DNA from: an uncultured Bacteroidota bacterium
GTDB lineage: Bacteria > Bacteroidota > Bacteroidia > Bacteroidales > B18-G4
DNA length: 64,000 bases
Assembly: GCA_963793485.1 (NCBI GenBank)
Contig: CAWCAB010000001.1
Location: 270,534-334,533 of the forward strand
Reading direction: 5' to 3'
Shown: positions 45,268 through 54,374 of the stretch, piece after piece
Layout of the letters: every line of letters starts with the position of its first letter
Position numbering within the stretch: position 1 is the stretch's first letter
Position numbers and translations under genes: made by a program
The notes under the pieces: generated by a model
Seen by the model: only the letters and a program-made list of their open reading frames with translations
Told to the model about the DNA's origin: nothing
The model's database searches: none

Positions 45268-46464
45268 TAAAAACGGCTCCATCGCTCTTTCATAAATACC
45301 ATTTGTATAAGCAATGGTCATACCATAATTGCTAACAGGCACACCGGCATTGATAACATCTGCCAGACGGTTGCTCAGTTGCTTTCGGGTGATCATGCAG
45401 CCTCCGCATTGTATCGCTAATGAATAGTCTTTGACAGGCCTGGGAAATTCGTCCAGTCCGGCAACAATGTCAAAATGTATGTCCTTCCCGCTAAATTCTT
45501 TCAGCCATGCCGGGATCTTATGCCTTCCGATATCATCACAGTTTACCTGGTGCGTGCATGATTCCAATATGAGTACCCTGTCACCATCGTTGAGTTTTCC
45601 CAGGGCAGGAGTACCTTCCATATAAGCATTGAAATCACCTTTTCTGCTCGCCAGAAGGATGCTGAATCCCGTCAGGGGAATATCCCTGGGAACGATCTTA
45701 TCCATCTTATGGAACATCTGGCTGTCGGTGATAGCCAGACGTGGTTTGATTCCTGTATTTTTAAGGAATTCTTCCACCTCTGTTTCCTTCAAAACAATAT
45801 TTATACAATCATTGTCGAGTACATCTCTGATGGCCTGAACCTGAGGCAGGATCATCCTTCCTTCAGGAGCTTCAAGGTCAATAGGGGTGATCAGCATAAC
45901 TATGTCGCCGGGATTAAGGATATTACCAAGCAGGGAAGTGCTGGTATATGCTGATTTGGGCATCAAGCCGGTAATTGTTTCAATCAACTTCTCATAACCC
46001 ATTTCATTAAAACAACTGAATTCAATAATTTCAGTGCTATATTCTCCTTTGATATAGTTTTTAAGAGTATAGTTCAGCGGATTTTTATCCGACTTGTTGT
46101 GTACAAATAGGAAAGGGATGTTGTAATGATTGAACTGATTTGCCAGTTCTTTCTCATATTTCCCGGTCTTATTATCCGTGATCACAATAATGGCCATGTC
46201 GATGGCTTTGATCACCTGCAAACTCTTCTTAACCCTGAGTTTGCCCAGGTCACCATGATCATCTATCCCAGCAGTGTCGATGAGGATGGCAGGCCCTATG
46301 CCGAAGATCTCCACCGATTTCTTAACAGGATCAGTTGTGGTCCCCGCCTGTTCTGAGACGATGGCAGTATCCTGTCCTGCAATAGCATTGATCAAAGAGC
46401 TTTTTCCATTGTTCCTTCTCCCAAAGATCCCAATGTGCGGCTTATTTTCCCTTCCTTTTTTCAT
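45253..46464 (-). CDS. hydF: [FeFe]-hydrogenase H-cluster maturation GTPase HydF
   Basis: 403 aa. G1 GRRNNGKSS, G3 DTAG, NKSD. C-terminal Cys cluster (CTHQVNCDDIGR...QCGGC). Confidence 0.9.
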   Translation of the reverse strand: MKKGRENKPHIGIFGRRNNGKSSLINAIAGQDTAIVSEQAGTTTDPVKKSVEIFGIGPAILIDTAGIDDHGDLGKLRVKKSLQVIKAIDMAIIVITDNKTGKYEKELANQFNHYNIPFLFVHNKSDKNPLNYTLKNYIKGEYSTEIIEFSCFNEMGYEKLIETITGLMPKSAYTSTSLLGNILNPGDIVMLITPIDLEAPEGRMILPQVQAIRDVLDNDCINIVLKETEVEEFLKNTGIKPRLAITDSQMFHKMDKIVPRDIPLTGFSILLASRKGDFNAYMEGTPALGKLNDGDRVLILESCTHQVNCDDIGRHKIPAWLKEFSGKDIHFDIVAGLDEFPRPVKDYSLAIQCGGCMITRKQLSNRLADVINAGVPVSNYGMTIAYTNGIYERAMEPFLGISH

Positions 46465-46475
46465 GGATAGTTGTT

Positions 46476-47567
46476 TTAGTTGTTGGCAATGCGTTTTTTA
46501 AAGTGCTTAGAGTCACCCCACTCATTATAGTTGATGGTAAAGCCGAACTCATCAATATTTTCTTCAAAATCTATCAGGGCATTCTCGGCCATATCTGAAT
46601 AAACAGGTTTACCTGAATATATCCTGTAATTGCAGGCTTGTTTTGCCGGTGTAAGGTTTGGCATGAACACGTTTGCACCGGAGGCGATGGCTTTTAGTCT
46701 GCCTTGCTTGTCGAGCGTTTGCAAGGCCGTAGATGCAGCTATGTTGATATCTCCCATCATGAGGCGCAAGAGCGCGATCATCTTCAGGCTGAGGTCCAGG
46801 CGCGTGGCTTCATCCTGGATCTCATCTCTATAGCGGTACATGGGTGTGTCGGGGTGAGGGATATAGGGCCCCATGCCCACCATGTCAATCCCAAATTCCT
46901 TCATAAATAACAGGTCATCAGCCAGGTGCTCGATTGTTTGATGAGGCAAGCCGATCATCACCCCGGTGCCTGTCTGATATCCTAGGCTTTGCAGGGTCTG
47001 AAGTGCTTTCATCCGTCGACCAAAGTCGTGGTCACGGTCTTTTGGATGTATTTTATAATACAGCTTTTCAGAACTGCTCTCTATGCGCAGCAGATAGCGG
47101 TGTGCACCGGCATCCTGCCATTTCCTGTAGGTATCTTCAGTCTGTTCTCCACAGCTAAGGGTAATGCCTAGTTCATTCTTGCTCAATTTCTTGATCTGCC
47201 TGACAATGTCGCTAATATGATTGGTAAAAGCCTTATCCTGACGCTCACCACTCTGGATCACAATGGATCCAAAACCTTTTCTCCAGGCGTATTCAGCTGC
47301 TTCGAGGACTGGAGTGCCGCCCAGAAAATATCTTTCCACATGCTGATTCTCTGCCCGGATTCCACAATAGAGGCAGTTTTTCTTGCACTGATTGCTGATT
47401 TCGATGATCCCCCTCAGGCTGACCTTATTTCCACAATGAATGATGGTAGCCATCCTGGCCTGGGAAAACAATCTTTGTCTCTCGGTTTCATCCCTGCTCA
47501 AAAGCAGATAGATGAGATCTTCCCTGCTGAGTTCCTGCTTCATCAATATGTTTTCTGCAATAGTCAT
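46476..47567 (-). CDS. hydE: [FeFe]-hydrogenase maturase HydE (radical SAM)
   Basis: The start is taken at MTIAENILMK (ATG at 47565-47567), because the ORF-track extension overlaps hydG. Radical-SAM motif CKKNCLYCGIR. Confidence 0.9.
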   Translation of the reverse strand: MTIAENILMKQELSREDLIYLLLSRDETERQRLFSQARMATIIHCGNKVSLRGIIEISNQCKKNCLYCGIRAENQHVERYFLGGTPVLEAAEYAWRKGFGSIVIQSGERQDKAFTNHISDIVRQIKKLSKNELGITLSCGEQTEDTYRKWQDAGAHRYLLRIESSSEKLYYKIHPKDRDHDFGRRMKALQTLQSLGYQTGTGVMIGLPHQTIEHLADDLLFMKEFGIDMVGMGPYIPHPDTPMYRYRDEIQDEATRLDLSLKMIALLRLMMGDINIAASTALQTLDKQGRLKAIASGANVFMPNLTPAKQACNYRIYSGKPVYSDMAENALIDFEENIDEFGFTINYNEWGDSKHFKKRIANN

Positions 47568-47577
47568 ATCTGCTTCT

Positions 47578-49005
47578 TTAAAAGTACAGGTCTCTTTCTC
47601 CTTGTTTAACTCTGTCCAGACGCTTGACCAATTCAGCTTTGATGCGCTCATCAATGCCATTATTTAGGTTCTTTTGTATCAGTTTCCAGCCTTTCTCTGA
47701 GCGATCATCATTTCCATAGTCTTCCAGGTATTCTGCCAGAGTGAGCATAGCATTCGGGGTGCAGAATTTTTTAATGAATCCGGGAACCGAGAATTCCATA
47801 AAGTGTTGCCCGGTTCTGCCTTTGCGGTAGCAGGCTGTACAGAAGGAGGGGAGATATTCATTCTCAAGTAGTTCGTCGATCACCTGTCCGAGGCTGCGTG
47901 TGTCATGAATCAGAAACTGTTCTTTGTCAAGGTTCTGAACCTCTTTGCTATCTTCTGCATATGCACCGATTTCCAGTTTAGTACCTGCATCAACCTGTGA
48001 GCAACCAAATTGCAGTACCTCTTTCCTGATATATTCGGGTTCCCTGGCAGTAAGTATCATTCCTGTATAAGGTACGGCCAGCCTGAGGATGGCTACCAGC
48101 TTGACAAAATCATCATCGCTCACCCCGTATTTTGTGTCAATGTCATATTCCGATGCATCCTGCAGCCTTGGAAAAGATATGGTGTGCGGCCCGACATTGT
48201 AGCAAGCCTCCATGTGGTTGGTATGGCGTACCAATCCCATAACCTCAAATTTCCAGTCGTACAATCCGAAAAGCGCGCCTATCCCAACATCATCCAGGCC
48301 TGCTTCCTGAGCCCTGTCGAGTGAAGTGAGACGAAAATTATAATTCTTTTTCATGCCGCCCTTGTGATACCAGCTATAAGCTTCGGGATGATAGGTTTCC
48401 TGGAACACCTGATATGTGCCTATGCCTGCCTCTTTTACAGTTTTGAACCCATCAATGTCAAGGGGTGCCGCATTGATGTTCACCCGGCGGATCTCTCCAT
48501 TGTCCTTTTTAACACCATATACCGTTTTCACTGAATCAGCAATGAATTCAGGTGAGTATTTAGGATGTTCACCGTAAACCAGTATCAACCTCTTCTGGCC
48601 TTCCATCTCCAGGGCTTCCACATTCCTGATCAGTTCTGCCCTGCCAAGTGTTCTTCGCTCTGCCTTCTTGTTCGATGCCTTGAAACCGCAATATTTACAG
48701 TTGTTTATGCAGTAATTACCCACATACAGAGGAGCAAAAAGTACGATCCGCTCTCCATAAACATTCTTTTTCAGCTGACGTGCACCATCTTTGATCTCTT
48801 GCAGAAGCTCAGGGTCTTCAGTGTTCAGCAGCACCGCTACCTCCTGCATGCTGAGCCTTTGCTTGGAAAGAGACCTGGCAATGATCTTTCTTACCTCAGT
48901 TGCTTCTGGAACAGCATTACTGAGCATATTATCGATCTCGGCAGGGTCGATGAAAGGCTTCATCGGCTCGTCTTTGATTGCGTATGTTTCCGGAGTGAAT
49001 TTCAT
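47578..49005 (-). CDS. hydG: [FeFe]-hydrogenase maturase HydG (radical SAM tyrosine lyase)
   Basis: 475 aa. CINNCKYCGF radical-SAM motif. C-terminal auxiliary-cluster cysteines PSFCTACYRKGRTGQHFME...KFCTPNA. Confidence 0.9.
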   Translation of the reverse strand: MKFTPETYAIKDEPMKPFIDPAEIDNMLSNAVPEATEVRKIIARSLSKQRLSMQEVAVLLNTEDPELLQEIKDGARQLKKNVYGERIVLFAPLYVGNYCINNCKYCGFKASNKKAERRTLGRAELIRNVEALEMEGQKRLILVYGEHPKYSPEFIADSVKTVYGVKKDNGEIRRVNINAAPLDIDGFKTVKEAGIGTYQVFQETYHPEAYSWYHKGGMKKNYNFRLTSLDRAQEAGLDDVGIGALFGLYDWKFEVMGLVRHTNHMEACYNVGPHTISFPRLQDASEYDIDTKYGVSDDDFVKLVAILRLAVPYTGMILTAREPEYIRKEVLQFGCSQVDAGTKLEIGAYAEDSKEVQNLDKEQFLIHDTRSLGQVIDELLENEYLPSFCTACYRKGRTGQHFMEFSVPGFIKKFCTPNAMLTLAEYLEDYGNDDRSEKGWKLIQKNLNNGIDERIKAELVKRLDRVKQGERDLYF

Positions 49006-49019
49006 CTTTTTAGTTTTTA

Positions 49020-50159
49020 TCAGTTCATCTTCTGGCTTGTTGATTGAAGTTTTACCGTGAATGTGCTGCCCTTGTCAGCTTCACTGCTTGCGGTGATCTG
49101 CCCATTGTAGGTGTTCTCAACGAGTTTCTTTACGATGGATAAACCCAGCCCGCTGCCGGTAATGTTCCTGGTCTTGTCATTTTTGATCCTGACAAATTCC
49201 TGGAACAGCCTGGAAAGCTCTTCTGTGCTCATCCCAATACCGCTATCTTCCACCCTGATCTCAATCCCTTCTTTGTCCTTGCTTATCTTTATACTTACTT
49301 CACCACCTTCTCTGTTGTATTTTACTGCATTGGATATCAGGTTATTGAATATTATTTCAAGTTCATCTGCATCAGCTTTGAACAATAGGCTTTCCGGGGC
49401 ATCCAGATAAACTTTTACATTGCGCTGAATGGCCATGGGCTCAATGGTATCCATAGCCAGGCGCGCTACATCTATTAAATCAATATCTTTCACTTCCCTG
49501 TTCTTCTTCCCCGATTCAAGCTTTGTCAGGTCGAGCAGGTCCATGATCAGGTTTCGCATCCCCTTGATCCTCTCAATTGATCTGTCTATCATGATGCTAT
49601 AATCAGCAATGTCATCTCCAACCTGTTTGTCTTTCATGATGTTGAGGTAACCTTCAACTGCATTGATCGGCGATTTAAGCTCATGGGATAGTACCGAAAG
49701 GAATTGGAACCTGACCTGCTTTCCGGCCTGGTCCATTTGCCTGGTCATCCTTTTCAGGAAAAGATGCTTGGTAATGCTTTCCATGGCTGTTCTCAGCTCA
49801 TCAGGCGTAAATGGCTTGGGAACGAAGTTGTAAGCACCGTTATTCGTGGCTTTCACAGCAAGGTCGAGCGATGCATAGGATGTGATCATCATGACTGTAA
49901 CATCGATCTGGTTTTTGTTGATGTACTCAAGAACTTCGATGCCATCCATCCCGGGCAGTTTGTTGTCGAGCAGAATGATATCTACCTTCTTTTCCTTGAG
50001 AATATCCAGGGCTTTCTCACCTGTGTCAGCCTCACTGAGCTCGAAGCTGAAATCTTCATCCATAAAGGGGTAACCAAAGGTGTAGTTCCGCAATATGCGG
50101 TTTATGCCCGATCTGATCCCGGGCTCATCATCAACAACCAGTACTTTCAAACTTACCAT
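49020..50159 (-). CDS. hybrid receiver-histidine kinase (REC-HisKA-HATPase), no sensor or output domain
   Basis: 379 aa. REC: VLVVDDEPG...DIILLDNKLPGMDG...PKPF. H-box SHELKSPINAV. HATPase: GSGLGLSIVKKLV. Confidence 0.85.
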   Translation of the reverse strand: MVSLKVLVVDDEPGIRSGINRILRNYTFGYPFMDEDFSFELSEADTGEKALDILKEKKVDIILLDNKLPGMDGIEVLEYINKNQIDVTVMMITSYASLDLAVKATNNGAYNFVPKPFTPDELRTAMESITKHLFLKRMTRQMDQAGKQVRFQFLSVLSHELKSPINAVEGYLNIMKDKQVGDDIADYSIMIDRSIERIKGMRNLIMDLLDLTKLESGKKNREVKDIDLIDVARLAMDTIEPMAIQRNVKVYLDAPESLLFKADADELEIIFNNLISNAVKYNREGGEVSIKISKDKEGIEIRVEDSGIGMSTEELSRLFQEFVRIKNDKTRNITGSGLGLSIVKKLVENTYNGQITASSEADKGSTFTVKLQSTSQKMN

Positions 50160-50170
50160 GACTAAGAGTT

Positions 50171-50566
50171 TTAGATCTTTAATAACTTATTGATCTCACG
50201 CTCGAGCTGATCCTTTCGGATTCCTTTTTCGATGAACTTATCGGCGTGAATCCATTTTTTGTCCTCTTCTGTATCCAGGCTGAAATTCAAGCCTGTTTCC
50301 GAGGTCACTGCCGAAGCAATGATGATGGGTAAAACAGGGTACTTTTTCTTCATCTTGTAACTGAGAATAAATCCACTGTCTTTGTTTTCCATCATCAGGT
50401 CGATGATCGCCAGATCGGGTTCCCCTTCTTCCAGCATGCTTTCAGCTTCTTTTTCGCTGTTGGCCATCTGGACTTCATAGCCTAAACTGTTGAGCTGTAT
50501 TTCAAGTTGGTTCAGATAATCAATGTCGTCGTCAACAATGAGGATGTTTTTCTTCTCGGTATTCAT
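50171..50566 (-). CDS. stand-alone receiver-domain response regulator
   Basis: 131 aa. ILIVDDDID...DLAIIDLMMENKDSG...; atypical tail SAVTSETGLNFSLDTEEDKKWIHADKFIEKG. Confidence 0.8.
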   Translation of the reverse strand: MNTEKKNILIVDDDIDYLNQLEIQLNSLGYEVQMANSEKEAESMLEEGEPDLAIIDLMMENKDSGFILSYKMKKKYPVLPIIIASAVTSETGLNFSLDTEEDKKWIHADKFIEKGIRKDQLEREINKLLKI

Positions 50567-50584
50567 TGCTTATTCTCCTATCTT

Positions 50585-52576
50585 TTAATTGCCTCGTGGC
50601 AAAGTGATTTTAAATGTGGTTCCTAGTGGGCCGCTGGTCGGATCGGCATTCGACTCTACTTTGATCTGGCCTTTGTGCATCTTCACAATGCCATATACCA
50701 GTGGAAGACCAAGGCCTGTGCCTTTCCCTACCTCCTTGGTGGTAAAGAAAGGGGTGAAGAGCTTGTCCATATTTTCTGTTGGGATCCCGACCCCGTTATC
50801 GCTGATTCGGACTTCGATCCCTGAATCTGTATTATTTAATTCAATTTTAAGCACACCGCCCTCAGGCATAGATTCTACTGCATTTTTTTCAAGGTTGGTG
50901 ATCACCTGCATCATCTGGTCCCTGTCAATGCTGGCCATTACATGCTCAGTATTGCATTCAAACTTAATGTCGATATTTCCATTGTGAAGGATACTGCCAA
51001 TACTTTCTTCGAGGAATTTTTTCATATCGGTTTCTTCCAGCTTCACCTGGTTCTTTCTTGCAAAATTGAGCAGTCCACCAACGATCTTCTTGCAACGTTC
51101 AGTTTGCTCTACTATAAGTTCAAGGTCTTGATAAACAGGGTTTTCTTTGCTGGTTTCATCCTTCAAAATATTACTGTACATTGTGATTACTCCGAGGGGG
51201 TTGTTCAGTTCGTGAGCAATCCCGGCTGACAGTTGCCCCATATGGGCCAGCTTTTCTGAATGCCTCAGTGCCTGCTGTGTGTTGGCCAGTTCCTCGTTGC
51301 TGGAGTTGAGTTCTTTCACTGAATTATGCAACTTCTCGATAGTATATGGCAGGCACATCTCGTCCTCTGCCAGGCCTTCTACGATGGCCCATGCATGTTC
51401 CCGGCAGGTTTCATATCCGCAAGCACCGCAGTTCAGGTGGTCTTTTTCAGATCGCTTGCCCATGGAAAGGAGGATCTCATTGATCTTTTCTTCAGATGGT
51501 TTTGAAACCCTTCTGTCAGAAGCTTCAAACTCCCTGGAAAGATCCAGATCTGAAAACCTTTCGATATCTTTTTCCCATTGACCTACATCCAGTTTTTGAA
51601 GCTTTTCACTGGCATAATTGCTGACTCTCAGCGTACGTTCAAATTTCTTTCCTTCACAGCTGATCCCTGGTCCCATAATACAGCCATCGCAGCATAGGAG
51701 CTCCAGGTGTTGGTTCTTGATCAATCCATTTTCAAATTCCTTGATCGCATCCTTGAAGTTTTCTTTCCCTTCTGCAACAAGCACATTCCCATCACAAATA
51801 TCATCATTGTGGTTTGTAGTTTGAAGAAGTCCGCGGCTGATGGGAAAAATGGCCCCTTTTCCTGAAGCCGGCTTATCGAAACCTGACTTATCTGCATTGA
51901 TTTCTGATATGTTTGCTTCTTCAAACATGCTCCTCAACTCTTTGAAGGTGAGAGCTTCATCGATCTCATTACTTTCAGCCTTCTTTGCTATGCATGGGCC
52001 AATGAATACAACTTTTACTTCATCGCCATGCATTTCACGGATCATCCGTGCCGTAGCCACCATGGGTGATACAATCGGTGCTAAAGATTCAACGAGTTCA
52101 GGGTGATAGAACTCAATGTACCGCACGATGGCCGGGCAATCGGATGATATGTAGTTTTTAATATTCTGACCATTCAGTAACTGACTGTATTCTTTTGCCA
52201 CCAGGTCGGCACCGAAGGATACTTCTATAACCTGCTCAAAGCCAAGGGCCCTGATCATACCGGCGATATCCTGGGGTTCAGTCAGTTCTTTAAATTCGGC
52301 AGGGAAACTGGGAGCCAGGATGGCAAGCACCCTTTTACTGTTATTCAACAATTCATTAACCACATTACTTGTTTCCATAAACATTTTGGCTCCCTGCTTG
52401 CATACCTTTACGCAATTCCCACAACCGATACAACGATCGCCAACTACCTCGGCCTGACCGTTGATGATCTTAATAGCTTTTGCAGGGCATTCACGAACAC
52501 ATGTAAAGCACATCCTGCACCTGTCCTTAACGGTGTAAACCAACTGCCGATGTCTGATGTCTTCTTTCATGTTCAT
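50585..52576 (-). CDS. [FeFe]-hydrogenase-like sensor fused to a histidine kinase (2x[4Fe-4S] ferredoxin - HydA-like domain - putative Fe-S (PF04060-like) motif - HisKA - HATPase)
   Basis: Ferredoxin CRMCFTCVRECP / CIGCGNCVKVC. H-domain-like motifs SSDCPAIV, IGPCIAKKAE and LELLCCDGCIMGPG. LNCGACGYETCREHAWAI. H-box AHELNNPLG. GTGLGLPLVYGIV. The start is ambiguous (52597, 52576 or 52570) because the 5' end runs into a heptamer array. Confidence 0.8.
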   Translation of the reverse strand: MNMKEDIRHRQLVYTVKDRCRMCFTCVRECPAKAIKIINGQAEVVGDRCIGCGNCVKVCKQGAKMFMETSNVVNELLNNSKRVLAILAPSFPAEFKELTEPQDIAGMIRALGFEQVIEVSFGADLVAKEYSQLLNGQNIKNYISSDCPAIVRYIEFYHPELVESLAPIVSPMVATARMIREMHGDEVKVVFIGPCIAKKAESNEIDEALTFKELRSMFEEANISEINADKSGFDKPASGKGAIFPISRGLLQTTNHNDDICDGNVLVAEGKENFKDAIKEFENGLIKNQHLELLCCDGCIMGPGISCEGKKFERTLRVSNYASEKLQKLDVGQWEKDIERFSDLDLSREFEASDRRVSKPSEEKINEILLSMGKRSEKDHLNCGACGYETCREHAWAIVEGLAEDEMCLPYTIEKLHNSVKELNSSNEELANTQQALRHSEKLAHMGQLSAGIAHELNNPLGVITMYSNILKDETSKENPVYQDLELIVEQTERCKKIVGGLLNFARKNQVKLEETDMKKFLEESIGSILHNGNIDIKFECNTEHVMASIDRDQMMQVITNLEKNAVESMPEGGVLKIELNNTDSGIEVRISDNGVGIPTENMDKLFTPFFTTKEVGKGTGLGLPLVYGIVKMHKGQIKVESNADPTSGPLGTTFKITLPRGN

Positions 52577-52628
52577 TATTCCCTGTTCGTTATTCATATT
52601 CTTGTTCCTTGTTCCTTGTTCTTGATTC
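52573..52628. repeat. heptanucleotide array inside the hydrogenase operon (between the hydA stop and the sensor-kinase start)
   Basis: tcattat tccctgt tcgttat tcatatt cttgttc cttgttc cttgttc ttgattc. Confidence 0.9.
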
Positions 52629-54352
52629 TATTTAAGCACTTCTCTCTCTTCATAAGACGTATGCAACAACTCATGGCTCTTATGCCCACAAGGGGAGCCC
52701 AGGTATCTGTCATAGATCTCAATGACATCCGGGTTCTTATGCGATACTTTGATGCTTTCATTTTCATCGATGGTGTAGAGGCTTTTCATCCTGGCGATGA
52801 TGGCTTCCTTTTCAGCACCTATCCTCTGTCCGCCTCCTGCGATACATCCGCCCGGACAAGCCATCACTTCGATAAAGTGGATGTCGTTCCTGCCATTCCT
52901 GATCTCATCAAGGAGGATCCTGGCATTTTCCAATCCACTGACTACAGCTACACCAATGTCAAGGTCGCCGATCTGCAATCTGGCTTCTTTTCTTCCCTTC
53001 AGTCCCCTGATCTCAGGTACCTGGAAGTTCACCAGCTCTTTGCCTGTGATCTTGTAGTATGCGGTACGAATAGCAGCTTCCATAACACCTCCGGATGCTC
53101 CAAACAGCTTTCCTGCTGTACTCCTGAAGCCCATTGGAGAATCAGCCATCTCCGGCTCAAGCTTATGAATATCCACCCCATGCATTTTAATGAAGTCGGC
53201 TAGCTCACGGGTGGTGAGGACAGCATCCACATCTGTGATGCCGTGCCTGGTCATCTCATTGCGCTGTGCCTCAAATTTCTTTGCGGTACAGGGCATGATG
53301 GAAACAGAATATATATCTTCAGGCTTGATTCCTTCGCTCTCTGCCCAGTAGCTTTTGATTACTGCACCCATCATTTGCTGAGGTGATTTACAGCTAGAGA
53401 GATTAGGAATAAAATCAGGAGCAAACTCTTCCGCATATTTGATCCACGCAGGGCAGCAGCTTGTGATCATCGGCATGGTGCCACCATCCTGTATTCTCTG
53501 TATAAGTTCCGCTGACTCTTCCATGATAGTGAGGTCGGCAGAGAAAGTAGTGTCGAAGACGGTCTTGAAACCGATCTTCCTCAGTGCTGCATTCAGAATC
53601 CCGTTGATATCTTTTCCCGGCTCCATACCAAAGGCTTCGGCCAGCGAGACAGAGATAGCAGGAGCATACTGTACGACCAGTGTTTTAGATGTATCGCTCA
53701 GGGCTTCGGTGATCTCTGCAAAGTGATTCTTCTCCGTCAGGGCACCGGTAGGGCACACCATGATGCACTGTCCGCAATTTACACAGCTTGAGGTATTCAG
53801 TCCCCCATTGAAGGCCGTACCGATCACGGTTTTGCTCCCACGGTTGATAAAATCAATGGCTGAAACGCCCATCACTTCTTCACATACCCTGATGCACCTT
53901 CCACAGAGGATGCATTTGTCAGGATCGCGAACGATGCTCGGACTCGACTGGTCGAGGCTGAAGTTGTTCTTTATACCATGAATCCTGCGTTCAGTCACAT
54001 TCAATTGTTTAGACAGGCCCTGGAGTTCACAATTCCCATTGCGCACGCAATAGAGGCAGTCATCGGGATGATTCGAAAGCAGTAACTCTACGATGGTCTT
54101 CCTCGATTCGATTACCTTATTGGAGTGTGTTTGCACTTTCATACCTTCTGAAACAGGGAAAGAGCAGGAAGATACCAGCTTCCCACTATCTTCCATTTCT
54201 ACAACACACATACGGCATGATCCGCTCGGGAACATGTCCTTCATATGGCAGAGCGTAGGAACATGGATGCCATTCCTGCTCAGGACATCAAGGATGGTCT
54301 CACCATTTTCAGCACTTACTTTCTTATTATTTATTTCGATGTCAAAACTCAT
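52628..54352 (-). CDS. hydA: [FeFe]-hydrogenase catalytic subunit (M3-type, HndD/HydA-like)
   Basis: The start is taken at MSFDIEINNKKV (ATG at 54350-54352). N-terminal 2Fe-2S and 4Fe-4S domains. H-cluster motifs TSCCPAW, MPCTAKKFE and EVMACPGGCIAGGGQ. Confidence 0.95.
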   Translation of the reverse strand: MSFDIEINNKKVSAENGETILDVLSRNGIHVPTLCHMKDMFPSGSCRMCVVEMEDSGKLVSSCSFPVSEGMKVQTHSNKVIESRKTIVELLLSNHPDDCLYCVRNGNCELQGLSKQLNVTERRIHGIKNNFSLDQSSPSIVRDPDKCILCGRCIRVCEEVMGVSAIDFINRGSKTVIGTAFNGGLNTSSCVNCGQCIMVCPTGALTEKNHFAEITEALSDTSKTLVVQYAPAISVSLAEAFGMEPGKDINGILNAALRKIGFKTVFDTTFSADLTIMEESAELIQRIQDGGTMPMITSCCPAWIKYAEEFAPDFIPNLSSCKSPQQMMGAVIKSYWAESEGIKPEDIYSVSIMPCTAKKFEAQRNEMTRHGITDVDAVLTTRELADFIKMHGVDIHKLEPEMADSPMGFRSTAGKLFGASGGVMEAAIRTAYYKITGKELVNFQVPEIRGLKGRKEARLQIGDLDIGVAVVSGLENARILLDEIRNGRNDIHFIEVMACPGGCIAGGGQRIGAEKEAIIARMKSLYTIDENESIKVSHKNPDVIEIYDRYLGSPCGHKSHELLHTSYEEREVLK

Positions 54353-54374
54353 TTCTCTATTCTTTAAGCGGTTC

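Noticed and set aside
47568-47660. The N-terminal extension of the hydE ORF (start at 47660), which overlaps hydG by 83 nt.
   Set aside because: The internal Met at 47567 (MTIAENILMK...) gives a HydE-typical N-terminus and a 10-nt gap after the hydG stop. The extension has no HydE-like sequence.
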